64,000 nt of DNA from Clostridiales bacterium (lineage in GTDB: Bacteria > Bacillota > Clostridia > Christensenellales > UBA1242). The notes under the pieces were generated by a model. It saw nothing but the letters and a program-made list of their open reading frames with translations. It searched no databases and was not told the origin of the DNA. The translations under genes were made by a program, and so were the position numbers. Every line of letters begins with the position of its first letter. Position 1 is the stretch's first letter. Below are positions 1-9,782 of this stretch, one piece after another. The stretch lies in contig SVIA01000003.1 in assembly GCA_015055535.1 (NCBI GenBank), positions 16,098 to 80,097 of the forward strand. Reading direction: 5' to 3'.

Positions 1-153
1 TATATTTTAGGATTTGCTGCAGGTGCGATGCTTTATGTAATAATAGAAGAATTACTACCTGAAGCAAATTTAAACGAAAACAATAAGCTTGGTGTTTGGT
101 GTTTTATTATTGGATTTTTATTAATGATGGTTTTAGATTTGGTATTTGCTTAA
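1..153 (+). CDS. C-terminal fragment of a ZIP-family (ZupT-like) metal transporter; the 5' part lies outside the window
   Basis: Frame 1 reads YILGFAAGAMLYVIIEELLPEA...GFLLMMVLDLVFA, then TAA at 151-153. Hydrophobic C-terminal helices typical of ZIP permeases. Confidence 0.5.
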   Translation, partial: YILGFAAGAMLYVIIEELLPEANLNENNKLGVWCFIIGFLLMMVLDLVFA

Positions 154-160
154 ATATAAT

Positions 161-541
161 TTATTTAGGATAAATTTTAGGATCTATTACTTCTATTTTA
201 CTTAAATCTTCATTTTCTTCATTGTTTTGTTCATTATGTAAAATATTAATGGCTTTATTTAACTTGTTTTTTGGTGGACATGGACAACATGGTGAACTAT
301 CTACAAAAAGTTCAACAAGTATAACATCAACTCCTATTTTACAAACTTGAGAATAAGGAATAAAAATATTATCACAACTTTTCCAAAAACTTTTTTTAGC
401 TCCAGGCACTAAAAACCCCAGAATTTTACCATTTAACGGGGTGAAAATTATATCTATAATATTACCCAAAATTTTTCCATCAGCAACATTTATAACAAGC
501 TTACATTTTAGGTCTTGATAGGATATTTCTAGTCCTTGCAT
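161..541 (-). CDS. YlmC/YmxH-family PRC-barrel sporulation protein with a Cys/Pro-rich C-terminal tail
   Basis: The N-terminal ~85 aa (DLKCKLVINVADGKILGNIIDIIF...IPYSQVCKIGVDVILV) matches the PRC-barrel YlmC/YmxH pattern. Confidence 0.6.
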   Translation of the reverse strand: MQGLEISYQDLKCKLVINVADGKILGNIIDIIFTPLNGKILGFLVPGAKKSFWKSCDNIFIPYSQVCKIGVDVILVELFVDSSPCCPCPPKNKLNKAINILHNEQNNEENEDLSKIEVIDPKIYPK

Positions 542-612
542 AATTAATTATATGTTTGCTTTTCTACATTTTATTACATAATTAGATATTTGTATTTATA
601 ATTTTTACAAAA

Positions 613-621
613 TTTGTCGAA
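613..621 (+). promoter_or_regulatory. Candidate Spo0A box (TTTGTCGAA) inside a cluster of AAATTTGTC/GACAAATTT repeats
   Basis: TGTCGAA lies at 615-621. Inverted repeat AAATTTGTC (610-618) / GACAAATTT (626-634) plus a third copy AAATTTGTT (647-655), in the divergent ylmC-like/comM intergenic region. Confidence 0.25.
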
Positions 622-700
622 TTATGACAAATTTTTATTTATCATAAAATTTGTTGTTATTTATAAAAAAAATTTGATATAATAAAAATTAGGAGATTTT

Positions 701-2236
701 ATGATATCAAAAGTATTAAGTTATGGCCTTATGGGCATAAATGGATATAAAGTAGAAGTAGAAATAGATATTAATAATGGGCTTCCTGGTTATGAGGTTG
801 TGGGCTTGGCAGATACAGCAATAAAAGAAAGTAAAGAAAGGGTAAAAAGTGCTATTAAAAACACTTCGCTTCTTGATTTTCCTAAATATAAAATAGTAGT
901 TAATCTTGCTCCAGCAGATACCAAAAAAGAGGGTGCTTATTACGATTTACCAATAGCTATAGGTATTTTAAGAGCAACAGATCAAATTAAAAATGAAAAT
1001 TTAAAAGATTATATAATTATTGGTGAACTTAGCTTAAATGGAGATATAAGAAAAATTAATGGAATTTTACCAATATTAATTTCTAGTAGAGAGGCTGGAT
1101 TTAAAAAGGTGATTATTCCTTATGAAAATGCAAAAGAGGCAAGTTTTATTGAAGGAATAGAAACTTATGCATTTAAAACACTTAAAGATGTTGTTAATTT
1201 TTTAAATGGTGAAGAAAATTTTGATAAAGTAGAAATTACAAATTTTGAAACTATTAAAAATACAAGTATTGTTTGTGATGATTTTGCTTTGGTTAAAGGC
1301 CAATATAATGCAAAAAGGGCTTTAGAAATTGCTGCAGCTGGGGGTCATAATATGCTTATGATAGGACCTCCTGGAAGTGGAAAAACAATGTTAGCTAGAT
1401 GTTTTCCAAGTATTCTTCCAGATATGAGTTTTGAAGAGGCTTTAGAAGTAACTAAAATACATAGCATAGCAGGAATTTTAGATTCTAACACAGGTATAAT
1501 TGTAAATAGACCTTTTAGGTCACCACATCATACAGCAACTACAGTTGCCTTAGCAGGTGGCGGAAGAACAGCTAAACCAGGTGAAATAAGTCTTGCTCAT
1601 AATGGAGTATTATTTTTAGATGAAATGCCAGAATATTCAAGAACTTCGGTTGAGGCAATGAGACAACCTTTAGAAGATGGAATTATAACTGTAGCTAGAA
1701 ATGCTCAAACGGTAGATTATCCAGCCAGATTTAATTTAATAGCTAGTATGAATCCTTGTCCTTGTGGTTATTATGGTAGTAAAAAAGTTGAATGTAAGTG
1801 CACAGCAAGTCAGATACATAAATATTTAAACAAATTAAGTGGTCCTATTATGGATAGAATTGATTTACATGTTGAAGTTGATAATGTCGATTATGATGAT
1901 TTATCATCAACAAGACTAGAAGAAAGCAGTAGTACAATCAAAGAAAGAGTTAATAAAGCAAGACAAATTCAAGCAGAAAGATTTAAAGGAACAAATATAT
2001 ATAATAACGCTAGTATGACAAATAAAATGTTTAATAAATTTTGTAAACTTGATGAAGAATGTAAGCTGATTATGAAAATGGCTTTTGAAAATTATAATTT
2101 AACAGCAAGAGCTAATAATAGAATTTTAAAAGTTGCTAGAACTATTGCTGATTTAGATAATAGTGAAGATATAAAATCTAATCATATTTTAGAAGCAATT
2201 AGTTATAGAGCATTAGATAATAAATATTGGGTATAA
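701..2236 (+). CDS. comM: YifB/ComM-family Mg-chelatase-like AAA+ ATPase
   Basis: Lon-like N-terminal domain, Walker A GPPGSGKT, C-terminal Mg-chelatase subunit ChlI-like region. Sits upstream of dprA. Confidence 0.9.
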   Translation: MISKVLSYGLMGINGYKVEVEIDINNGLPGYEVVGLADTAIKESKERVKSAIKNTSLLDFPKYKIVVNLAPADTKKEGAYYDLPIAIGILRATDQIKNENLKDYIIIGELSLNGDIRKINGILPILISSREAGFKKVIIPYENAKEASFIEGIETYAFKTLKDVVNFLNGEENFDKVEITNFETIKNTSIVCDDFALVKGQYNAKRALEIAAAGGHNMLMIGPPGSGKTMLARCFPSILPDMSFEEALEVTKIHSIAGILDSNTGIIVNRPFRSPHHTATTVALAGGGRTAKPGEISLAHNGVLFLDEMPEYSRTSVEAMRQPLEDGIITVARNAQTVDYPARFNLIASMNPCPCGYYGSKKVECKCTASQIHKYLNKLSGPIMDRIDLHVEVDNVDYDDLSSTRLEESSSTIKERVNKARQIQAERFKGTNIYNNASMTNKMFNKFCKLDEECKLIMKMAFENYNLTARANNRILKVARTIADLDNSEDIKSNHILEAISYRALDNKYWV

Positions 2237-2238
2237 AA

Positions 2239-3312
2239 ATGATTATAGAAGAAAAAATTTTAGTCTTTTTAAATAGTTTTGATTTTTTATCGCATAAAAA
2301 ATGTGGTAAAATTTTTGATGCTTTAAATGGCGAAGATTTTTTTAAAAATTTTATAAAAAATTATAACAAAATTGAAGATGTTGTTAGCTATGTTCAATTT
2401 TCAAATATGTATGCTCAAATAGATAATTTTGATAATTATTTAAATGGTATACTAAAAAATGGTATTAAAATTATAACAATTTTATCGAAAGATTACCCTG
2501 AAACATTAAAAAATATTGACGAACCACCATATGTTTTATATTGCAAAGGAGATATTAGTTTACTTAAAAGTGAATTTAATTTGGCAATAGTTGGTACAAG
2601 GCATCCAACAAACTATGGAAAACAAATTACAGAAAAATTTTCAACTGAACTTACAATTAATGGTTTTAATATTGTTAGTGGACTTGCTGATGGAGTAGAC
2701 ACAATTAGTCATACAGCTTGTTTATTAAACAAAGGAAAAACTATTGCTGTGGTAGCTGGTGGATTAGATAATATTTATCCTAGTGGAAATATAAAACTAA
2801 GCGAAAAAATTTGTGAAAAAGGCTTATTGATTTCGGAAAAACCACCACATTATAAGGCAAAAAATTATGATTTTCCAATAAGAAATCGTATAATTGCAGG
2901 GCTTTCTCGTGGCGTGTTAATTACTGAAGCAAGTTTAAAAAGTGGAACTATGCATACAAAAGAGTATGCAATTAATTATGGCAAAGAACTTTTTGTTGTT
3001 CCTGGAAATATAACAAGTAACGCTAGTGAAGGCTGTAATGCACTAATTAAAGATTTAAGAATTAATATGGTAACAACTGTTGATGATATTTTAAAAGTTT
3101 TTGATAAACCACAAAATAAAGTTATACCAAAATCTATTCAACTATCTATTGATGAGGCAATTATTTTTAATCTTTTAAAAACAGGTGAAAAAACTTTTGA
3201 CGAAATATTAATTAATACAAATTTCGATGTAAAAACACTTACGAATTTGTTGACAATGATGTCTTTTCGTGGAATAATTAAAAAATTGGCGGGAAACATT
3301 TACTCGCTTTAA
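2239..3312 (+). CDS. dprA: DNA-processing protein DprA (Smf)
   Basis: Rossmann-like DprA core (AIVGTRHPTNYG...SGLADGVDTISH...VVAGGLDNIYP). I prefer ATG 2239 over the track's upstream non-ATG start at 2227. Confidence 0.88.
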   Translation: MIIEEKILVFLNSFDFLSHKKCGKIFDALNGEDFFKNFIKNYNKIEDVVSYVQFSNMYAQIDNFDNYLNGILKNGIKIITILSKDYPETLKNIDEPPYVLYCKGDISLLKSEFNLAIVGTRHPTNYGKQITEKFSTELTINGFNIVSGLADGVDTISHTACLLNKGKTIAVVAGGLDNIYPSGNIKLSEKICEKGLLISEKPPHYKAKNYDFPIRNRIIAGLSRGVLITEASLKSGTMHTKEYAINYGKELFVVPGNITSNASEGCNALIKDLRINMVTTVDDILKVFDKPQNKVIPKSIQLSIDEAIIFNLLKTGEKTFDEILINTNFDVKTLTNLLTMMSFRGIIKKLAGNIYSL

Positions 3313-3320
3313 GGAGTTAT

Positions 3321-5426
3321 ATGAAATTATTTATTATTGAAGGTAAAGGAAAAATTGAATCAATAAAAAAATATCTTGGTGGTGATTACCAAGTTTTTGC
3401 TACGGCTGGTCATGTTAGAGATTTACCAACAAAAAATTTAGGTGTTCAAATTACAAATAATTTTGAGCCTGTTTATGAAATAATGCCAGATAAGAAAAAT
3501 ATTGTTAATGATTTAGTTAAGCTTGCAAAAAAAGCAGAAACTATTTATATTGCAACCGACCCGGATAGAGAAGGAGAAGCGATTGCATATCATATTTCTT
3601 ATATTTTAAATATTAATCCTAATGAAAAAGTTAGGGTTGCTTTTAACTCTATTGATAAAGAAACAATTAATAAAGCATTACAAGAACCTAGAAATATTGA
3701 TTTAGATTTAGTTAATGCTCAACAAGCACGTAGAGTTTTAGATAGACTTGTTGGTTATAAAATTTCTCCAATAATTTGTAAAAAAATAAAACCAAATTTA
3801 AGTGCTGGGCGTGTTCAAAGTGCAGCTCTTAAAATGATTGTAGAAAGAGAAAAAGAAATTCAAAATTTTAAACCAGAAGAATACTGGAATTTAAATGTAG
3901 AACTAGAAAAAAATGGTGCTAAACCTAACTTTAAAGCATTACTTAATACAAAAAATAATGAAAAAATTAAGATTAATAATAACGATGAAATGCAAGAAGT
4001 TTTAAAAGAACTAGATAATAAGGATTTTGTTGTTACCAATGTTAAAAAAAGTGTTACAAAATCTAAACCAAAACCTCCTTTTACAACTTCAACAATGCAA
4101 CAAGATGCTGCAAATAAATTAAATTTTACACTTAAAAAGACTACACAAGTAGCACAAAATCTTTATGAGGGTATAGAAGTTAAAGGTGAAGGCAAGGTGG
4201 CTTTAGTTACATACATTCGTACTGACTCTACAAGGGTTAGTGAAGGCGCTATGATTAAAGCAAAAGAATATATTGTTAAAAATTTTGGTGAAGACTATGC
4301 TCCTAAAAAATTTAATATTTATAAAAGTAAAGATGCTGCACAAGATGCCCACGAAGCAATAAGACCAATTGATTTAAATAGAACGCCAGATAGTTTAAAA
4401 GATAAAATTGATAATGATTTATATAAGCTATATAAATTAATTTATAATAGATTTTTGGCAAGTCAAATGACTGAAGCACAATATAATTCCGTTAGTGTTG
4501 ATATATCTTGTGACAATTATGGTTTTAAAGTGAGTGGTAAAACTCCTAAATTTTTAGGTTATACAACTGTTTATGTAGATACTACTAAAGAAAACGAAGT
4601 TAAACTTCCAGTTTTAGAAAATGGTGATAAATTAAAATCAACAAACTTTTTACCAGAACAAAAATTTACAAAACCAGAACCTAGATACACTGAAGCAACT
4701 ATAGTTGATGCTATGGAAGCAAAGGGAATAGGTAGACCTGCAACTTATGCGGCAACTATTAATGTTTTACTTTCTAGATATTGTACAAAAGATGGAAAAA
4801 GTATTGTTCCGACTGAAACGGCTTTTCAAGTAATGGAATTTTTAGATAAAAATTTTGCTAAAACAATTAACATTAATTTTACAGCTCAAATGGAAACAGC
4901 ACTTGATGAAATTGCTGAAGGCAAACGAGAATGGCACGCTCTTATTAATGGATTTTACAATAAATTTATTCCACAACTTAAAAACGCTGGAGCAAGCGTT
5001 GTAGAAGCAAAAGTAACTGATGTTATTTGTGATAAATGTGGCGCTAATATGGTTGAAAGAGAGGGGAAATTTGGAAAATTCTTAGCATGTCCTAATTTTC
5101 CTAAATGTAAAAATATAAAAAATATCGAAAAAGAAAAACCTGTTGAAGTTATTACTGATATAGTTTGCGAAAAATGTGGCTGTAAAATGATAGAAAAACA
5201 AGGTAAATTCGGTAAGTTTTTAGGGTGTAGTAATTATCCTACTTGTAACAATATACAAAAGGTTTTACCTAAAAATATAGATCCAAATAAAGTTGTTGTT
5301 TGTGATAAATGTGGTGCTAATATGATTTTAAAACAAGGCAAATATGGTTATTTTTATGCTTGTCCTAATTACCCAACATGTCAAAACATAGTTAAAATAA
5401 CTAAGGAGAAAAATAGTGAAAGTTAA
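3321..5426 (+). CDS. topA: DNA topoisomerase I with three C-terminal C4 zinc ribbons
   Basis: TOPRIM N-terminus (IIEGKGK...DPDREGEAIAYH), catalytic-Tyr region (YIRTDSTR), three CDKCG...CPN(F/Y)PxC repeats. Confidence 0.96.
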   Translation: MKLFIIEGKGKIESIKKYLGGDYQVFATAGHVRDLPTKNLGVQITNNFEPVYEIMPDKKNIVNDLVKLAKKAETIYIATDPDREGEAIAYHISYILNINPNEKVRVAFNSIDKETINKALQEPRNIDLDLVNAQQARRVLDRLVGYKISPIICKKIKPNLSAGRVQSAALKMIVEREKEIQNFKPEEYWNLNVELEKNGAKPNFKALLNTKNNEKIKINNNDEMQEVLKELDNKDFVVTNVKKSVTKSKPKPPFTTSTMQQDAANKLNFTLKKTTQVAQNLYEGIEVKGEGKVALVTYIRTDSTRVSEGAMIKAKEYIVKNFGEDYAPKKFNIYKSKDAAQDAHEAIRPIDLNRTPDSLKDKIDNDLYKLYKLIYNRFLASQMTEAQYNSVSVDISCDNYGFKVSGKTPKFLGYTTVYVDTTKENEVKLPVLENGDKLKSTNFLPEQKFTKPEPRYTEATIVDAMEAKGIGRPATYAATINVLLSRYCTKDGKSIVPTETAFQVMEFLDKNFAKTININFTAQMETALDEIAEGKREWHALINGFYNKFIPQLKNAGASVVEAKVTDVICDKCGANMVEREGKFGKFLACPNFPKCKNIKNIEKEKPVEVITDIVCEKCGCKMIEKQGKFGKFLGCSNYPTCNNIQKVLPKNIDPNKVVVCDKCGANMILKQGKYGYFYACPNYPTCQNIVKITKEKNSES

Positions 5427-6711
5427 TATTATTGGTGCGGGCCTTGCTGGGTGTGAGGCTGCGTATCAACTTTTAAAACGAGGAGTAGAAGTAAATTTAT
5501 ATGATATAAAACCAAACAAATTTACTGAAGCTCATAAGAACCCAAACTTTGCAGAACTTGTTTGTAGTAATTCTTTAAAATCGTTAGATAGTTCTAATGC
5601 AAAGGGTTTATTAAAACAAGAATTATTAATGCTTGATAGTTTGCTTTTAAAGTGTGCTTATGAAACTCGAGTTGATGCAGGTGGTGCATTAGCTGTAGAT
5701 AGAGAAAAATTCGCTGCTTTAGTAACTAAAAAACTTAAAGAATTTAATAACTTAAATTTTATAAGTGAAGAAGTTGAAAAAATAGATACGAATATACCAA
5801 CAATAATAGCAACCGGTCCACTTACTACTAATAAATTATTAAATGGACTAAAGCTAGTAATAGAAAATGATAGTCTGTATTTTTTTGATGCAATGAGCCC
5901 TATTGTTAGTTTTGATAGTTTAGATAAAGAAAACTATTTTATACAAGACAGATATCAAAAAGGCAATAACGATTATATAAATTGTCCAATGACTAAACAA
6001 GAGTATGATTTATTTTACAATGAATTAATAAATGCTGAAAGTGTTGAGTTAAAAGATTTTGAAAACAAAAAAGTTTTTGAGGGTTGTATGCCCGTTGAAG
6101 TTATGGCAAAGCGTGGTGAAAAAGCACTACTATTTGGTCCATTAAAACCAGTTGGATTAATAGATCCTAAAACCGATAAAAGACCATATGCTGTTGTACA
6201 ACTAAGAAAAGAAAATAACACTGGAAATATGTATAATTTGGTGGGATTTCAAACAAATTTAAAGTTTTTAGAACAAAAAAGAGTATTTTCTTTAATTCCA
6301 GCACTTAAGAATGCTGATTTTATAAGATATGGTGAAATGCATAAAAATACTTTTATTAACGCGCCAAACAATTTAAATGAAACTTACCAACTAAAAAAAT
6401 ATCCAAACATATTTATTGCTGGCCAATTTAGTGGCGTAGAGGGTTATGTAGAAAGTATTAGTAGCGGATTATATGCTGGTATTAACATGTATAGACATAT
6501 TAACAATATGGAACCATTAATATTACCAAACTTTACAGCGGTAGGTGGATTAAGTTATTATATTGTAAATAGTGACCCTAAACATTTTCAACCAATGAAT
6601 ATGAATTTTGGTGTAATTATGAGTAATATTGGTTTACAAAAATGTAAAAATAAGTTAGAATTAGTAGAGAATAGCTTAAATTATATTAAAAGCATTAAAA
6701 ATGCAGTGTAA
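5416..6711 (+). CDS. trmFO: Folate-dependent tRNA (uracil54-C5)-methyltransferase TrmFO (Gid)
   Basis: FAD motif IIGAGLAGCEAA, ELVCSNSLK motif. GTG start after AAGGAGA. Follows topA as in Bacillus. Confidence 0.9.
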   Translation: MKVNIIGAGLAGCEAAYQLLKRGVEVNLYDIKPNKFTEAHKNPNFAELVCSNSLKSLDSSNAKGLLKQELLMLDSLLLKCAYETRVDAGGALAVDREKFAALVTKKLKEFNNLNFISEEVEKIDTNIPTIIATGPLTTNKLLNGLKLVIENDSLYFFDAMSPIVSFDSLDKENYFIQDRYQKGNNDYINCPMTKQEYDLFYNELINAESVELKDFENKKVFEGCMPVEVMAKRGEKALLFGPLKPVGLIDPKTDKRPYAVVQLRKENNTGNMYNLVGFQTNLKFLEQKRVFSLIPALKNADFIRYGEMHKNTFINAPNNLNETYQLKKYPNIFIAGQFSGVEGYVESISSGLYAGINMYRHINNMEPLILPNFTAVGGLSYYIVNSDPKHFQPMNMNFGVIMSNIGLQKCKNKLELVENSLNYIKSIKNAV

Positions 6712-6823
6712 ACAAAAAACTGCACTAATTTTATATTTGTTTTATAAAAATTATTAACAATTTAAATTAGTTAAAAAACATAAAATATAAATAAAGTGCT
6801 TAAGGCACCATAAAGGAGATAAA

Positions 6824-7360
6824 ATGGAACAACTTAGAGGAACAACAATTGTAGCTGTTAAAAAGAATAATGAAACTGTAATAGCTGGAGATGGACAAGT
6901 AACTTTTTCACAAAATGTTATTATGAAAAACAATGCCGTAAAAGTAAGAAGAATATTTAACGATAAAGTTATTATTGGTTTTGCTGGAGGCGTAGCTGAT
7001 GCTTTTAGTTTATCTAGTCGTTTTGAAGAAATGTTAAATAAATTCTCTGGAAATTTAATGAGAAGTGCTGTAGAACTTGCTACTCAATTTAGAAGAGATG
7101 AAATTGCAAGAAAATTAGAGGCAATGATGATAGTTGCAGATAAAGATAAATTGCTAATTTTATCTGGTAATGGTGAAGTAGTAGAACCAGACGGTGGTAT
7201 TTGTGCTATTGGTAGTGGTGGAAACTATGCTTATGCAGCTGCTAAAGCGCTTGCTGAAAATACAAATTTTTCAGCTGAAGAAGTAGCTGTAAAAGCTATG
7301 GAAATTGCTAGCAGTATTTGTATTTACACTAATAATCACTTTACGGTAGAAAAGGTTTAA
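6824..7360 (+). CDS. hslV: ATP-dependent protease subunit HslV (ClpQ)
   Basis: N-terminal GTTIVAVK nucleophile region, strong RBS AAAGGAGA, followed by hslU. Confidence 0.92.
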   Translation: MEQLRGTTIVAVKKNNETVIAGDGQVTFSQNVIMKNNAVKVRRIFNDKVIIGFAGGVADAFSLSSRFEEMLNKFSGNLMRSAVELATQFRRDEIARKLEAMMIVADKDKLLILSGNGEVVEPDGGICAIGSGGNYAYAAAKALAENTNFSAEEVAVKAMEIASSICIYTNNHFTVEKV

Positions 7361-7369
7361 GGAGGAATT

Positions 7370-8677
7370 ATGAATTTATCACCAAAACAAATTGTTAATG
7401 AATTAGATAAATATATTGTAGGACAACTAGAAGCAAAAAAAGCTGTTGCAGTTGCTTTAAGAAATAGATATAGAAGAAGCAAATTAAGTAAAGAACTTCA
7501 AGAAGATATAACACCTAAAAATATTATAATGAAAGGCCCTACAGGGGTGGGTAAAACAGAAATTGCAAGAAGATTAGCAAAACTTGTTAAAGCTCCATTT
7601 GTAAAAGTAGAAGCAACTAAATTTACAGAAGTTGGTTATGTTGGTAGAGACTGTGAAAGCATGATTAGAGATTTGGTTGAAGTATCTGTTAGAATGGTTA
7701 GAGAAGAAAAGATGCAAAGCGTTAAAGAAAAAGCAATGCCAATTGTTAATCAAAAATTATTAAACATTCTTTATCCTGTTAAAAAAGTAGAAAACGCACT
7801 AGTTGATGAAGATAAGGACAGAATTTTAAAGGCTATTGAAAGCGGCGATTATGATAATGATGTTATTGAACTTGATGTTCAAGAACAACCTAAAATGATG
7901 GAAATTTCTATAGCTAGTGCAAATGAAATAAACTTAGGGGATATTTTCTCTAACATGATGCCAGGTGGTAGAAGAAAAAGAAAAAAATTAACTGTAAAAC
8001 AAGCAAAAGAACAATTAATTAATGAAGAAAGTTCTAAACTTATTGATTTAGACAGTGTAAATGCTGAGGCTATACAAAGAGCTGAGCAAGAAGGAATTAT
8101 ATTTATTGATGAAATAGATAAAATTGCTGTTAAAGGTTCTACACATAATCAAGATGTATCAAGAGAAGGGGTACAAAGAGATATTTTACCTTTTGTTGAA
8201 GGTTGTAGTGTAACTACTAAATATGGAGTTATAAAAACAGATTACATTTTATTTATAGCAGCAGGTGCATTTCATATTGCAAGTGTTGAAAATTTAATTC
8301 CAGAACTTCAAGGAAGATTTCCAATTAGGGTAGATTTAGATAATTTAACAAAAGAAGATTTTGTTAAAATACTTTTAGAGCCTAAAAATGCAATTACTAA
8401 ACAATATGCTGAACTTTTAAAAGTGGATAATATTGAACTTGAATTTACAACTGATGCAATTGAAGAAATTGCACTTTTATCTGAAAAAGAAAACGAAACA
8501 AGTGAAAATATTGGAGCAAGAAGACTTCATACAATAATTGAAAAATTGCTTGAAGATATTAGCTATAATGCTGATGGTAGCTATGATAATGTAAAAGTTG
8601 TTATAGATAAAAATTATGTTGATAATACATTTAGTACAACACTTAGAAAATTTGATTTAAATAAGTTTATTCTATAG
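7370..8677 (+). CDS. hslU: ATP-dependent protease ATPase subunit HslU (ClpY)
   Basis: TPKQIV..LDKYIVGQ, Walker A GPTGVGKTEIARRLA, Walker B IIFIDEIDK, sensor region. Confidence 0.93.
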   Translation: MNLSPKQIVNELDKYIVGQLEAKKAVAVALRNRYRRSKLSKELQEDITPKNIIMKGPTGVGKTEIARRLAKLVKAPFVKVEATKFTEVGYVGRDCESMIRDLVEVSVRMVREEKMQSVKEKAMPIVNQKLLNILYPVKKVENALVDEDKDRILKAIESGDYDNDVIELDVQEQPKMMEISIASANEINLGDIFSNMMPGGRRKRKKLTVKQAKEQLINEESSKLIDLDSVNAEAIQRAEQEGIIFIDEIDKIAVKGSTHNQDVSREGVQRDILPFVEGCSVTTKYGVIKTDYILFIAAGAFHIASVENLIPELQGRFPIRVDLDNLTKEDFVKILLEPKNAITKQYAELLKVDNIELEFTTDAIEEIALLSEKENETSENIGARRLHTIIEKLLEDISYNADGSYDNVKVVIDKNYVDNTFSTTLRKFDLNKFIL

Positions 8678-8683
8678 GAAAAA

Positions 8684-9370
8684 ATGGAAAAAGAATTTGA
8701 TAGATTAGTTGGTTTAATTGGAGAAGATAATTTTAATAAAATAACTTCAAAAAAAGTTATTGTTTTTGGTGTTGGTGGTGTTGGCGGTTATGTTGTTGAA
8801 AGCTTAGTTAGATGCGGAGTAACGAATTTAACAATAGTGGATTTTGATAAAGTAAATATTACAAACATAAATCGTCAAATAATAGCAACACATTCAAATT
8901 TAAACAAATTTAAGGTGGATGCCTTTAAGGAAAGGCTAATAGATATAAATCCTAATTTAAATTTAAAAATAAATTATACAAGGCTTACTAAAGATAATAT
9001 TCATGATTTTAATTTATCAAATTATAACTATGTTATAGATTGTATTGATAGCTTTCAAGATAAACTTGCCTTAATTGAATATTGTTATAAAAATAAAATT
9101 AATATTTTATCATCTATGGGTGCTGGAAATCGCTATAAACCTACAAACTATCAAGTTCAAGATATTTTTAAAACAAAAAACGATAGTCTTGCTCGAAAAC
9201 TTAGAATAAATCTTAAAAAACTTGGAATTAACAAGTTAAAAGTTTGTTGTAGTGATACAATTAGCGACAACATACAAGATAAAACTAAAATTTTTTCGGT
9301 ATCATATAATGTGGCTCTTTGCGGAATAACTATTTCAAGCTACATAATTAATGATATAATAAAAAAATAA
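8684..9370 (+). CDS. ThiF/TcdA-family adenylyltransferase (tRNA t6A dehydratase-like)
   Basis: Dinucleotide fold VIVFGVGGVGGYVVESL...IVDFDKVNITNINRQ. Confidence 0.7.
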   Translation: MEKEFDRLVGLIGEDNFNKITSKKVIVFGVGGVGGYVVESLVRCGVTNLTIVDFDKVNITNINRQIIATHSNLNKFKVDAFKERLIDINPNLNLKINYTRLTKDNIHDFNLSNYNYVIDCIDSFQDKLALIEYCYKNKINILSSMGAGNRYKPTNYQVQDIFKTKNDSLARKLRINLKKLGINKLKVCCSDTISDNIQDKTKIFSVSYNVALCGITISSYIINDIIKK

Positions 9371-9397
9371 GGAAATAATAATATAGGAGGAAAAATT

Positions 9398-9715
9398 ATG
9401 AGTGAAATTAAAAAAATTGATTTAGAAGAATTTAACGATTTAGTATTAGAAAGTAAAAAAACAGTTTTGGTAGATTTTTTTGCTACTTGGTGTGGTCCTT
9501 GTAAAATGCTTGCTCCAATTTTAGAAGAAGTTAGTAAAGAAAATGATACTGACACAATTATTTGCAAAGTAGATGTTGATGAAAACTTTGATCTTGCTAA
9601 AAGTTATGGAGTAATGAGTGTTCCAACTATTATATTATTTAAAGATGGAGCTGAGGCAAAGCGTTCAATAGGGCTTAAAAATAAAGAATTTTTACTAGAT
9701 ATGATAAAAAATTAA
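9398..9715 (+). CDS. trxA: Thioredoxin
   Basis: WCGPC active site, 105 aa, RBS AGGAGGA. Confidence 0.93.
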   Translation: MSEIKKIDLEEFNDLVLESKKTVLVDFFATWCGPCKMLAPILEEVSKENDTDTIICKVDVDENFDLAKSYGVMSVPTIILFKDGAEAKRSIGLKNKEFLLDMIKN

Positions 9716-9736
9716 TCATAAAGTAAATAATTTGCT

Positions 9737-9765
9737 ATTGACATTTTTTTCTGACTATATTATAC
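9737..9765 (+). promoter_or_regulatory. Sigma-A-type promoter for nifS-nifU
   Basis: TTGACA (9737-9742), 17-nt spacer, TATACT (9760-9765). It lies inside the track's 5' extension of the nifS ORF. Confidence 0.5.
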
Positions 9766-9782
9766 TAATGATAGGAGAAATT

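Noticed and set aside
600-614. CodY-box-like AATTTTTACAAAATT
   Set aside because: It has two mismatches to AATTTTCWGAAAATT. Such matches are expected frequently in DNA this AT-rich, and no codY is visible at its usual hslU-adjacent position.
9732-9782. N-terminal extensions proposed by the ORF track (nifS 9732, dprA 2227, maf 17208, ylxR 25564, spoIIIAF 35118, spoIIIAG 35650, spo0A 44026, DUF4932-like 16126, cotF-like 58435)
   Set aside because: In each case an internal ATG or GTG with a good Shine-Dalgarno sequence gives an N-terminus matching the family. The extension overlaps a promoter or the upstream gene.
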